A DNA stretch of 64,000 nucleotides from Halichondria panicea. Its lineage: Eukaryota. Below are positions 38,503 through 61,029 of this stretch, one piece after another. The first letter of the stretch is position 1. The number at the start of each line of letters is the position of its first letter. Both the position numbers and the translations under genes were made by a program. The stretch covers positions 334,562 to 398,561 of the forward strand of contig NC_087378.1 in the NCBI RefSeq assembly GCF_963675165.1, written 5' to 3'. The notes under the pieces are model-generated. The model made no database searches. It was not told the DNA's origin and worked only from the letters and a program-made list of their open reading frames with translations.

Positions 38503-39756
38503 ACAGTGCAACAACCAAAGAGAGTAGATTTTTTTTTATATTATTTTTTTTCACATTTTGTGGCATATCTTCTGAAGTAAAAGTGATATGATCTATTTGA
38601 GTGCAGGTACTGAAAGTTCAATTATTGGCGCTTCCATTGGACCACCACCTGTTACATCATATGACATCATCACTATGAAATGGCTGTCTGAAGATGTGTA
38701 CCTCCGAAAATATGTTAGGAATAGAAGTAGCTTATTTGTTTGAGTTAAGATCTGAAATTTATTGTGTATGTACCTGACTATATTGCTCATCTTTTGAGCT
38801 TCAACGGAAGTCTGGGCTGCTAGTAAGTTCTGAGAAATACTGAATTTTGTTGTTTTTTGGTGGCAAATATGTTAGGAATACAACTTTTGATTTTATGCTA
38901 GTTAAGGTCTGATTTTTGAGGAGCATGTACTACAATAGCATAGAATTCATCTGTACTAACTTACAGGAGCTAGACAAGTCTCATCTTTGCTAGAGCGGCC
39001 CTTCTTGTCAAAAATGGTGATTTTGCTCCGTTTTGCTACTTTTGCTGACGTATGCAATGATATTCATTGATTTGTGACATCACAAATCATCTTGTTGTTA
39101 TTTGCTACATCCAAAGGTCATGTGATGTCTACCTGCAAATACACAGTTGGTGTTGGTCATTCTGTGTCACAGGGGCGTGGTAATTGAGCTTACTACGTAG
39201 CCAAATCACCCCAAAAGTCATAAAAAGCACTGTTTTTGACAAGATGGGCCGCTCTAGCAAAGGAGAGGCTAGCCTAACTCCTGTAAGTTAGTACAGATGA
39301 AAAGTACACTATTGTAGTACATGCTGCTCAAAAATCAGACCTTAACTAATATAAAATCGAAAGTTGTATTCCTAACATATTTGCCACCAAAAAACAACAA
39401 AATGCAGTATTTCTCAGAACTTACTAGTAGCCCAGACTTCCGTTGAAGCTCAAAAGATGAGCAATATACTCAGGTACATGCACAACAAATTTCAGATCTT
39501 AACTCAAACAAATAAGCTACTTCTATTCCTAACATATTTTCCGAAGTACACATCTTCAGACAGCCATTTTATACTGATGATGTCATGTGATGTAACAGGT
39601 GGTGGTCCAATGGAAGCGCCAATAGTTGAACTTTCAGTACCTGCACTCAAATAGATCATATCATTTTTACTTTAGAAGATATGCCACAAAATGTAAAAAA
39701 TGTGTACCAAAAAAAAAAATCTACTCTCTTTGGTTGTTGCACTGTAGGCCATGTGG
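38503..39756. repeat. Large near-perfect inverted repeat (foldback structure): arms ~38503-39035 and ~39215-39756, central spacer ~180 bp; it occupies the divergent WDR6/DHX15 intergenic region
   Basis: The right arm is the reverse complement of the left arm. For example, ACAGTGCAACAACCAAAGAGAGTAGATTTTTTTTT...CATTTTGTGGCATATCTTCTGAAGTAAAAGTGATATGATCTATTTGAGTGCAGGTACTGAAAG (38503-38610) matches CTTTCAGTACCTGCACTCAAATAGATCATATCATTTTTACTTTAGAAGATATGCCACAAAATG...AAAAAAAAATCTACTCTCTTTGGTTGTTGCACTGT (39645-39756). The mirrored 65-aa ORFs (38593..38790 minus and 39457..39654 plus, MSNI[VL]RY[IM]HNKFQILTQTNKLLLFLTYF...) are a consequence of the repeat. The arms are over 90 percent identical with a few indels. 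Confidence 0.9.
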
Positions 39757-39942
39757 ATGTCATTTATAAACTTGATGACCCTTTACTTTTTCATTCATTA
39801 TCTAATCTCATAAATCACAAGCAAAAATACGACCATTACCTACCACAAGGTACAGGATCATCACAAAGAAAAGTAACAAACTTGCTCCACGTTTCTGTCT
39901 CTGTGGATGAACGTCGAATCACGAAGAGAAGCAGCAATGGCG

Positions 39943-46620
<6,678 letters not shown>

Positions 46621-47144
46621 ACATTGTGTACAATGAACTCTTATATTTGGGAACTTGGGAACTTGTGTTCCAGTCAATTAATTGTCAAGTTGTATAAGTG
46701 CTTAATGATGCAAACATTACATAATTATTACAATAGTATTAAATGATTAATGAAGCACGAATTGCATTTATTTTCCATGTGATGATGAATGCAAGTTTCA
46801 ATAAATATGCGTAAGTGAGTTATTCTTTGGGAAGTATAAGAAATAGTGATTACTAAAAATAATGGCGTACAATAACCAAATTCATGAGTTCTAATTATAT
46901 TCATAGTCATATTTCCCTATTAATTAAGATATGCAAGTTTTTCACTGTCTGTTAGAGAAACCTAATCCATGCATGAGCGGTCGTAGGAAAGAGGGGTTGG
47001 AAAATCCCAGACCATCAAATTCCGATGTTGGGGGTTAAACAAATGAGGATGCTATAAAACAGCTTCTTCTCCAATGTCCTGCACCATTTCAGCATCTTCA
47101 GTGATTATTTATACGACTGACAATCTCAACATTTCAACTCAAGA

Positions 47145-47868
47145 ATGAAGTTCCTTCTCTCCTTCATCGTGGTGATCGTAACCATTGCCATTCTGCCCCC
47201 TCACTTAATTAACGGAGCCCCAACCTCCAGCCCACAGGCACCAGAGGAGGTCAACAAGACACTCAAAGAAGGACTTCTCGTAATGCTAGCCGTGATGGTG
47301 AGTTAATTGTTAGCCATAGTTTCATCTTGTTAATTAGTCCATCAGCGGTAATTTACAATGCAATTAACGACTTGATGTTTTGCATTACAGAAATCCTTTG
47401 ATTCAACAAGAGTCCGAGTGAGGAGCAGCGTTGCCGAGCACGGGATATGTCAGGTGGTTAACTATATCACCAAAGTCACGAGTAACGACAGTATGAGCCA
47501 AAATGAAACAACCAAGTTCTTCCCTAGCAACGACGCTCTCACAGCAGCTGAGAACATACGAAACAACACCTGCTCCTGGGTGAGTATAGTGTTTGCATGC
47601 CCTGAGGAGCTGAAATGTTTATATAGTTTTGCCCGTTTTCTCTCTTGCAGCTAAACTCAATCAGAGCGAACACCATTACGACTTGTTCCAATGAAGCCTT
47701 AGAGCTGCTCTGCACTCACATCAAAATATATAAAGCGATAAAGAGAGCTGACATGGCGACCAGCACTGTGGTGGATACTATCGACGAGTGTCAGTGGATC
47801 AACGCCCACTTCCAAGAGGACAGCCCTGTAAAGGAACGCTTGTGTCATCTATTTCAATGTTCCAAATG
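47145..47868 (+). CDS. Small secreted cysteine-containing protein (3 exons: 47145-47297, ~47391-47579, ~47651-47868); no recognisable family
   Basis: Exon 1 MKFLLSFIVVIVTIAILPPHLINGAPTSSPQ... is a signal peptide with a GTGAGT donor. Exons 2-3 are phase-consistent (acceptors TTACAG, TCTCTTGCAG) and the mature part has 8 Cys. The stop is at 47866-47868. Confidence 0.45.
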
Positions 47869-48978
47869 AACAATAACCAAAAACACTTATTATATGTTAC
47901 TAGGAATTTATTTATTTTAGATATGTAAAACGGAACCTCATGTCACAAATAACCTCCAGATCACTCCACCATACATGCAATGTGTGATAGACCTTTATTT
48001 TTATATTGATAAAAACTTATTATAATTGATACTCGACAATGTTATAATGTACATGCACTGAATGGTCTGGGAAACGTACCGATACAGATCTATATACCCC
48101 CCCCCTATAGTTTAAGAGTAGCAGATATAGCAAACGTATGGTGTAAGAGAATCACTATAGCCTCCTTCACAATTGGAAGTGCGGCCTGGGATAGAGGCTA
48201 GAGAATCACATGAATAAATGCTGCATGCTCGGGAACAGTTGCATACGCCCCTCGGGCTCGAGTTGTATTAGCAGTACAAATAATATAGTCAATAATGCTG
48301 CATGCATGGGAACAGTTGCACGGTTGTGTTTCCCCTATACCCTTATCAAATTCTGCTGACACAACACTGTTATTAGTACCTAACATATACTAGCTAGCTA
48401 GGGACTGAGTGTTCTACTTACTTCACACCAAAAGTTTGTAATGTAACACTTATTGAGAAATAGACCCGTGCATGGACAAAAATGCTGCAGTAAGAAAACA
48501 ACCAATTACTTTTAGCACCTTGCTCTATTAACTAGTACATGTCAGCACATAGTTAGCGTAGGCCTAACACCAGGACCGTGCCGTACTGCAATGAGGTAAT
48601 GACAGAGGCTATATACGGTGGGTGGTCTGTAGCCTGGGGAAACTCTGCATGCATGGGGGTATAGAGAGGCAACAAGAAGGCAAGAGTGCATTGCCGGAAT
48701 TTGAAATAGCTTAATGCGCTAGAATTGGAACTTGCAAACAAGGAAATGTATCATTCCATAGAATAATTGCATCACATATGCACCTATACAGACTGATTAA
48801 GTCATTATGATAGAGTTTTAACACACACTCTTTTAACAGTCCCAAAACTGAAAGATGCATCCTGTCTACAGCCTATATAACACCATGCAGGTACACACAG
48901 GAGAACAACACATCAAGAAACAACACAACCTCTCAACTCAACAGGAACTCCATATAAATTATCATTCTTCACTGCATA

Positions 48979-49542
48979 ATGGCCTCCAGCATAGCCACTA
49001 TTCTCATCCTCCTCCTCGCCTTCCAATCGATATTTGCCTGTGTCAATTGCCAGCAATTTGAATCTGATGTTCTGGTGAGTGTGTGAGTGTGCAAGTGCAT
49101 GAATATACTGCTTAAATATAGATAGAAACCATCATTATAATTATATACATGCATGCATGGATATCAATGATGCACTCGCATTGACCGATGCAGGGACTGG
49201 ATGGAAACATCATAGAAGACACTAACTTTGACCTCATCAAACAAGTGTGCAACCTCCTGGACAATGTTGAGCTTATCCGTACTGCAGAGGATGAGCTCTC
49301 GACCGACCATCAAGCAGTCATTGAAGTCGGGGAGGCTCTTAAGTCCACCATGCAAACCTGGGTGAGAAGCAATAAGCCATGACTACCTATGCATAAGTAC
49401 TATAGCTAGAGCTAAAATAATAGTACCCTGTCTGCAGTTGGATGGTTTCCCCGCTCAACAGGCTGGCGAGCAGGGTACGGAGGACAGACTAGCAGCTCTC
49501 TGTGTTCGAGCCACTGCAGCTGTTAAGGCAACCAACCTTTGA
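48979..49542 (+). CDS. Small secreted protein (3 exons: 48979-49075, ~49192-49363, ~49437-49542); no recognisable family
   Basis: Exon 1 MASSIATILILLLAFQSIFACVNCQQFESDVL is a signal peptide with a GTGAGT donor. Exon 2 is GLDGNIIEDTNFDLIKQVCNLLDNVELIRTAEDELSTDHQAVIEVGEALKSTMQTW. Exon 3 ends ...LCVRATAAVKATNL*. Confidence 0.4.
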
Positions 49543-49953
49543 CTTAATAGATAGTTTTATAGCTCAATTTTTTCCGAGTGATTTTGTACAAAAATTTAAC
49601 AACATACCGTATAGTAATTGCCTGCATCAGTGCATCAAAAATTGGTATAAATGATCATGTTTTTTACTTTTAACACTCACTTACCTCTAATAGTGACCAT
49701 GCAGCATTCTGTTTCAATTAATATGCAGACAGCCATTCCATGACCCACCCACGGGGGGGGGGGGGGGGGGGCTTTCCTGCAGGAAATCCCCGGTGTGTTG
49801 TCTGGCATCATGATTGTGTGTGGGTGGGGGGAGGGTCTAGTAATTATACACTAACTGGGTAGCCGTCGTCCACGTCCACTATACTAGCGCATAGCATGCA
49901 CTGTGGAGAGGAGAGCTAGAGCTGTGGATGCTAGTAATGAGAGAGTTGTGATA

Positions 49954-52427
49954 TGGCTGGTGTATTCAACAAGTTTGTTCACCCGGGCACTGTCAAGCAA
50001 GGCTACCTAGTCAAGTCTCCCCCACTGGACAAGAAGCTCAAGCTGGATGTGAGCAAACATGCTATGAACTCCCATCATGAGATGTTGTGTTCTTAGCTTT
50101 GTATAGCTAGCTGAAGAGTCAATTCCACAAATGGATTGCTGAGGGATTACTAATGCATGTGGTACAAGTTGGATAAGTCTTTATGATAGCGTAGGCCGGC
50201 TTAGGAATAATTATGTACGTACGTTGTACCTATAAAAACATAAACGTATCATAGAGGTGTCTCATTTTATATCAGCAGAAACCTGCTGAATACAGGGAAG
50301 CCCTTTAATAGCTAAACTTAGCTTCATGATGTTTACCATGGTTGCATATGTGTTAACTAGAAGGGAATTCTGTTTGTGGGTACTTAGTGAATCCTTCTTT
50401 CCTGTACATGTAGACTGACTGATTCTTGTGGTTGCTTTGTCCCCCTAGTTATTGGCATAAGCGGTGAATACCTCACTAGCTTCCTGCATAATGCACTAGA
50501 CACAATATTGTCAGCTAGGTAGGAGCAGGAGCCCATAATATAAATGCTCTTATTTATGAGCTCCTGGTAGGAGTCACTGTGTTGATTGTGTACCCGTGAG
50601 AAGCGTGCCTATGGACACACCTGTAGTACCAGTACCCCACACACCTGTAGTACCAGTACCCAGTGTGTATCTGTTTAGGTGTTGCAGTCTCTGCTTACCT
50701 GATATCAATGCTCACTCTGCAGTTTGCTTTAGAAGCTTGTTTGTTTACAGTGGCTTCATGCAGTGAGAAACATTATCCCTCACTGACAAACAAACCATTG
50801 CTAATGGAACTGGATGCATCACGGTATACACCTTGTCACTGGCTAAGTCGGTCCTTCGATAACTTAAACTCCCTAAAGGAATGAATGATTCTTTGGCTTA
50901 AGTAATTTCATAGCTCATAACCATTGTTAGGGTGGGACCACTACTATTCACAATCCAATATTACCATTTTAGTCGTGCCCATTCAATGATGCTTATTATC
51001 CCACACACAATCTTACATGTACTATTTTAGCATTGTACCTCATACGAAGATGCCAGCTGCTGTTTTGTTGTTTTTGGACGACATTATAATCTTGGCTGAC
51101 TGTTGCATGCACATAGGAACAGTTCTGAAATGTGTACATACTTTTGCTAATACTGAGTGTCTCCTAGCAACAGCTGCCATATGGTTATGATAGTCTCCCA
51201 GCCACATATCCTAGCCAGTCCAGCCTTAGTGATATTGTCAGCACTATACTATCCCTCCTTCCTTATGATTATAGTGTTTGCTCTTGTGCAGGGCTGGCGA
51301 AAGAGGTGGTGTGTGTTCACTATCATTGAGGGGGACCCCTCTCTCGACTATTACAAGGACGAGGAACAGGCCTTCAATTCCCTACCCATTAAGAGAATTT
51401 CTCTGCTCAACTGTTACCAGGTCATCTCTGACATGACCCACAAACAAAAGAAGCACATCTTTGCCCTTCACCTGCCAAAGAGAGTCTACTACTTCTCAGC
51501 ACCTTCCCAGTATGTTACATGCACACTAGTACATTGTCATAGCAATGCCGGAAAACACTCCAGCCATTGTTCCACGAGAACAAGTACAGTTTGTAGAAAT
51601 AGAAGGTAACCTCTCACTCAAGAGCGTGGCTGTATTTCTTTCTGTGTTTGCGTATTACTATAAATGTGTTTTTGAATAATTTTAGTCTGTTTTTAGCAAA
51701 CAATGAGTTCTTTAAACATCTGCTGGCCCAGGCTGACTTGTTTATCTTAGTACAGCTAGACGACACAATCGCACACACCTGGATGACCTCACATACCCCC
51801 CCCCCCCATTGCAGTGTTGAGATGCTTGATTGGGTGGACGCTTTTTGTACCAACTTGAAGTTGAGTCACACTGACGGCGGTACAATGCCTGGCACACCTC
51901 CTGCCAGCAAACTTATGCTCGATAATGTAATAGTCTGTCTGTCTGTACATGCATAACCTTCATGTGTAGCTGTGTGTGTGCGCACATTGATACTACCGGT
52001 ATCGATTAAGGCTCTCTCTTATGGCTTTGTATTTCCCACAGAGATCAGCTACCATGCCTGCTGCACATAGCCTCTCTGCTACCTCCCCTATTGTACTACC
52101 CAGATCACGTACCCCCGATTCCCCGCTACCCCCAATCCCAAGATCCCCCGATATCCTCATCCGCCCTCCTCCACCGGGTTTCCCCATACCTCCCACTCCC
52201 CTGGACGTATCCAGTACCAACTCATACCCAAATGTCTCTCCACGTTCGTCCCCCCTACCGAGAACACGATCGATACACTCCTTGACGGGGGGTAAGGAAA
52301 ACGGAGTCTTGTCTGAGGGGGCAAAGATTTCTATTTCAATCAACCCCCCACCCGCTCTCCCCCCGCACAGAAAGAATGCCAAGAGCTCATCAGATGAAGA
52401 AGAAGATGATGATGATGATGATGTAAG

Positions 52428-52466
<39 letters not shown>

Positions 52467-52620
52467 CAGTGTTATAGTGTGTGTGTGTGTGTGTGTGTGA
52501 GATTTCTCTGCTTGATTGACCGACTGGCATATCTGTGTAATGAATGCATGACAGCTAGTTTAATTGTAGTCTTTGTTCAGGTATGCTTGGAATGCAAGGT
52601 TAATGTTTACTCCCCCTCCA

Positions 52621-52679
<59 letters not shown>

Positions 52680-52890
52680 AGCCGCTGTCACCCCCCACAC
52701 CCCCACCTAGACGACTCTCCCCCATCCCCATGTCCTCTCCTCCCATAGCTCTGGGTTTTGATATGGTGAGAGACATTATTGCTGAATTAGAAGCAGGTTC
52801 TTATATTATCAATCTTTACAGGATGGGGATTCCCCCCCTGCCCCACCCCCTCGAATTGTCGGAGGTAGTCCACTGCATAGTGTCACATGA
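49954..52890 (+). CDS. GAB/Dos-like adaptor: N-terminal PH domain split over 3 exons, then Pro-rich/PxxP region with a YxN motif and an acidic run; ~6 exons; short (~300 aa) compared with vertebrate GAB
   Basis: Exon 1 MAGVFNKFVHPGTVKQGYLVKSPPLDKKLKLD plus exon 2 GWRKRWCVFTIIEGDPSLDYYKDEEQAFNSLPIKRISLLNCYQV... align to the GAB1 PH domain [24 protein letters not shown]...LEYYKND..KPIRIIDLNLCQQV. Exon 3 ...EMLDWVDAF is the PH C-terminal helix with its Trp. Exon 4 RSRTPDSPLPPIPRSPDILIRPPPPGFPIPPTPLD...NSYPNVSPRSSPLP...SSDEEEDDDDDD carries a PxxP run and a Grb2-type YPNV. The stop is at 52888-52890. Confidence 0.5.
52428..52499. repeat. (CA)n followed by (GT)n microsatellites in an intron of the GAB-like gene; another (CA)25 at 52628-52678 ends at the AG acceptor of the next exon
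   Basis: Directly visible. Confidence 0.95.
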
Positions 52891-53433
52891 CATGTAGTTA
52901 GAAGTAGATTGTGTGTTTTTGTTTTCGTGTCATTTTGCATTTTGTGTGCTTGTATACAATTATAATAATAGCACCACGGTGCTAACTGCCTTTGGGCATA
53001 TTTTGTTTTACTCATGAAATATTAAATACATATTACAATCTTCGAGCAGTTAGAACTGGGACACACACACAGACAGACAGTAGATCTAAAGATTATCAAA
53101 AGAATACAACCACGCCCACACACATGTCATTCCTTATTGGATACACTTTACTTCTGCCATTACCCGATTGAAGAGTCTAACTCTTCAATCTATGCCCAAA
53201 TGTAGGCAACCACTTATTAGGATTCCTTTTTTTCTCCAATTGAACGCTATGTCGTTCTTTAGAAAAACAATTGAGGCTTGTAGTTGAACATCTTTCAACT
53301 TTAACGACCATAACTTGTAGTGGATGAAGCCAGAGGATGAAGCTAGCTACTAGCTAGAGACAGCTGAGACTCTGAGACAGTATGCGCTATTAAACTAGTT
53401 AACTATCTGAGTCAGTTTGAAAGGAAAGGTACC

Positions 53434-56400
53434 ATGCATGCAGACTGGCTTGTGCTTCTTCTGCTGTTTCTGAGCTACTCAGAAGCTCGCTATGAACCTC
53501 ATATTGTAGGAAAGCAGTATAAACATAGCATAGACACTCACGATACCCGTGCTGTGAGAGTGGAGTTTTGGGAGCCTACGAAGCATATCAACCTGAATGG
53601 AGTTGGAAAGAAAGGAGACTATGTTGTGTTCTTTGGAAGCGATAGCGATAGGTAAATTCATTCCGTTAGCTCCTGTCCTCCATAAAATATAAAGTATCTA
53701 GCTACATTACCATCCAGAATTAAACATTGCCATGTTCAGTGCATCATTGTCCTAGCAGCTTGCAGCTTTTAGCTATTCTATAATGTTTGCAGTATTGTTG
53801 CTAAAAATTTTATAATTTTATGCAGGCCATTGGAGTATTCGTGTGGTAACTCGTGCAAAGTTCACCTCAAGCAAACAAGAATTGGCCTCTCCTCTGTTAC
53901 CGTGAGTGCCTCTGTGCAGAAGCTGTTTGCAGCACCTCCTGCCTCCACTGGGGTGCTGCAACTGTGTCTAGGCCCGGGGAACTTGTTCTGGAAGAGACCG
54001 CTTGTAGCTGAGGCAGACATCTCCTGCATACCGTGGAGTAGGTCATTCCAACCACGGAGGGGAGGCTACATCGTTCAGCCCAACCGCTATGGTAGGTACG
54101 GTGGGGGATGAGATTGTTTAAAGCCGCAGTTTAATACTGTAGAGATTCATGAAAATAATGTACTGGTCTTATTTAGGAGTGTTGAAATTTTGTATTAAGT
54201 TTTTGGCACATCGTAAGTGTATGCAGATCGAGACATACACTTTTTACTGTTTCCTATAGTGGAGGAGTCAGTTGCTCTTGATGTTCACACCTGGTTCATG
54301 ACTGAGCGGAATTATGAGCAAATGAGAGAGAGCGGTGTCACTAATGTATTTGTCCCTCTGTTTGGAAAGAAATACTGGTTACCCATAGTTACATCATTCT
54401 ACCATGGCCACAAATTCAAGAACGTTAAATGCCATTTCAAAAGTTCGTTTGATGCTGAGAGAGTTAAAGATAACCAGAAGAAGACGGAGGACGGTTATTC
54501 TCTTGTGTACAAGTACACTAACTTTGTGAAAGCTGTGGAGGAGAGTTCTGGCCTGTACACAGTGACCTGCTTGGGTATGAATTGGGATGAATTTGTACCT
54601 AGGAATTGGACTGTGGAGCTCTCAAAATCTCTAAACATTACCTTCATCAAAGGCAAGTGTGCTTGTGTTCTACTCAGGGCATATTAAAGTGATACACGTA
54701 AAGATCAATCTTACTCTAGCAGTATAATCAGAATGTCACACCTGGTATAACACTGTACACATTTGCACACGTTTGCAATGTACATGCAACCTCACATTAG
54801 CTGTGTTTCTGCAGGTCCCATGGTGATTATCAGTGGCTTGGTAGGCAACACTGTGTTCTTATCTGACCACAACTCCTTCAATGTCACGCTCTACTCCACA
54901 TCTCCCGTGACCACATTCAAGGTAGAGCGATCTGATGGCTTGAGCTCGGAGGGGCAACCCAGAGTGACTCGGCTGGTGACCCAGAATGCCTACAATCTTC
55001 TGTCAGTGTATGGAGTGGAGATACCGACTGCTGCAGAGGGGATGAGGGCTACCTACACTGTGGCTGTGGTGAACAAGGACGAGGAGTCTGTTAGTCAGAG
55101 TGTGGAGATTGTCAAACCAAGAGGTATGGAGTTAGCTTTGGAAGGTTTTGATAAACTATAATATTACTTATGTGGTACTTGCGTATTACTTGTACGTACA
55201 CTGTATATTTAATTATGATTAATGATTGTCTAGATCTTTTGGGGGGGAGGGAGTTTTTGTAGCTGTACTTTTCTGTTTACCTTATGTGTGTGTGTTCACA
55301 CCACTTGCAGGGATGCAGGTGTCAGTGTATCCAGTGGAGACGATAGCCAGTGAGGGGGATAGAGTGACCTTTGATTGCACTGTGACAGGGGACACCATTC
55401 CGAATATTAAGTGGACTAGGGATTATCAACAGTCTAAGGTAGTGCTGTATCCTTATGAAATGTGTGTGTCAATTTTGTGCATCTCCAGACTACACAACTA
55501 AAGACTGAGTACATCAGTGATGGTAAAGGACTCAGGTTGACTTTCATTAAAGCTAGACAGGAGCATTCTGGTACCTACGTCTGCACTGCCTCTGACCAGG
55601 CTGACACCAGGAGAGCATCTGTGAACCTTGCAGTGTGGCCACGAGGTAAGGCACAATCAACTGGTTTAGTGCTTTGGTGATGTTTGGATTAGAGGGCCTA
55701 TAATCAAGTCAGCCTCTAAAACTGCTCTAGAACTGAGTAACAGCCTCTCTATTGGTTTCCTCCCACTGCAGGCAGCTGGTTGGTTGGTCTCTCTCCACCC
55801 CACCACCAGCAGCACAGTCTCAATATGAACCAGGGGGAGGTGATGAGGGAATGGACATCAGAGCACCCCCCTTTATCCACGTCCTCTATCATACTGGCTG
55901 TCATCATTCTTATTATGGGAGCACTCTTAATGACTGTTTGTGTAGTGGCTGGGGCCTTTTACATCTACCAGTTGATAAGGTGTGTTCTCCATCCCTGTGC
56001 ACATCAATTTTGTATTTTGTACTAAACCATTAATAATTATAAGGCAACAGCATCTTTTTGGACCATTTGACTGCTCATGCTCCTAATTCTACTAGTGCCT
56101 ACGTAATATAGTGCGCTGTGTTATTGACCATACAGGTTGCTGTTTAGTCACTAGCTAGGTGGATTCCTGCATCATAACAATGCTTCTGTTAAGTGTATCT
56201 TCTATACAGCTCACCCCCGGAGGACTTGGACACTCCTCCAGCCCCACCCCCACCAACTGAACAGAGCGATGAAGATCTGTGGGAGAGCGCTGAAGAGATG
56301 TGGGAAATAGTACGAAAGCAAAGTCTGCAAATGGACCAAGTGCTGAAAACAACATCAAAACAACACAACAGTGACAACAAAGATGTCCAAGAGGCAACAA

Positions 56401-56843
56401 AAGACAAAACTAATGACCAGAGGCTATCCGAAGGTGTACACAAATCCAAAAACAAACGAAAGAAGTCAAAAAGAGACCCAACAGATAAAGATATCACCCA
56501 AGAAGATGAACAATCGAGAGACAGGAGAAGACGTAAGAAAGAGAAAGATGGAGAACATACCAAAGCAAAAGAAAAGAGTGAGAAAGATGGAGAGCGTTCC
56601 AAAGCAAAAGAAAAGAGTGCCGATGCTAAACCACGAAGAGAGAAAGATGGAGAGCGTTCCAAAGCAAAAGAAAATAGTGCCGATGCTAAACCACGAAGAG
56701 AGAAAGATGGAGAGCGTTCCAAAGCAAAGAGGAAGGAGAAGGCAAGAGAGAGAGATGGGTCACCAAGATCTCCCAGATCTGCTGAAGATAAGAAGTCTCC
56801 GAGCAAGCAAAAGAAACAACTGGACACAGTCACTTCACTATAA
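53434..56843 (+). CDS. Novel type I transmembrane protein: signal peptide, ~330-aa Cys-containing ectodomain, one Ig-like domain, TM helix, K/E/R-rich cytoplasmic tail with 3 tandem 20-aa repeats; 8 exons
   Basis: Exon 1 is MHADWLVLLLLFLSYSEA (signal peptide). Exons 5-6 encode an Ig fold (DRVTFDCTVTGDTIPNIKWTRD...LRLTFIKARQEHSGTYVCTASD). Exon 7 encodes the TM helix SIILAVIILIMGALLMTVCVVAGAFYIYQLI. Exon 8 is SPPEDLDTPPAPPPP...EKDGERSKAKEKSADAKPRR x3...SPRSPRSAEDKKSPSKQKKQLDTVTSL*. Every junction was checked for phase. Exon 3 uses a GC donor (AAAG|GCAAGT). Confidence 0.6.
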
Positions 56844-57044
56844 TAAATTCTATGTAGCATCATATACATGTACTTGTCACTCATGTTCATGTACAACACA
56901 TCCTCTTATCATAATCAGGTTCATTGGTAATTAATTATCAGCGTGTGTAAAACACATAATACATGATCAGAATTGCTTATAAAAAATAGACACACAAATT
57001 TGAATTTGAATATTGCATACAAAATTATTAAAGAGATGAATCAA

Positions 57045-60922
<3,878 letters not shown>

Positions 60923-61029
60923 TTACTCGAGCTTCTAGAGCAGAACAACTCCTCCACCTTACATGTGGAATGACGTAGAATGACGTTGCTGCTGAGCTGG
61001 CAAATTTAACGCCCACGCAATAGCTCCAC
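60923..61029. promoter_or_regulatory. Very compact bidirectional promoter: 107 bp between divergent start codons of PI4K2 (-) and PSTK (+)
   Basis: The PI4K2 ATG is at 60920-60922 (minus) and the PSTK ATG at 61030-61032 (plus). The interval contains the direct repeat TGGAATGACGTAGAATGACGTTGC (a TGACGT CRE/ATF-like half-site appears twice at ~60973-60990). Confidence 0.55.

Noticed and set aside
38593-39654. Pair of nearly identical 65-aa ORFs on opposite strands (MSNIVRYIHNKFQILTQTNK... / MSNILRYMHNKFQILTQTNK...)
   Set aside because: They are mirror images produced by the inverted repeat. They are short and low-complexity, and I do not take them as evidence of a transposase or gene.
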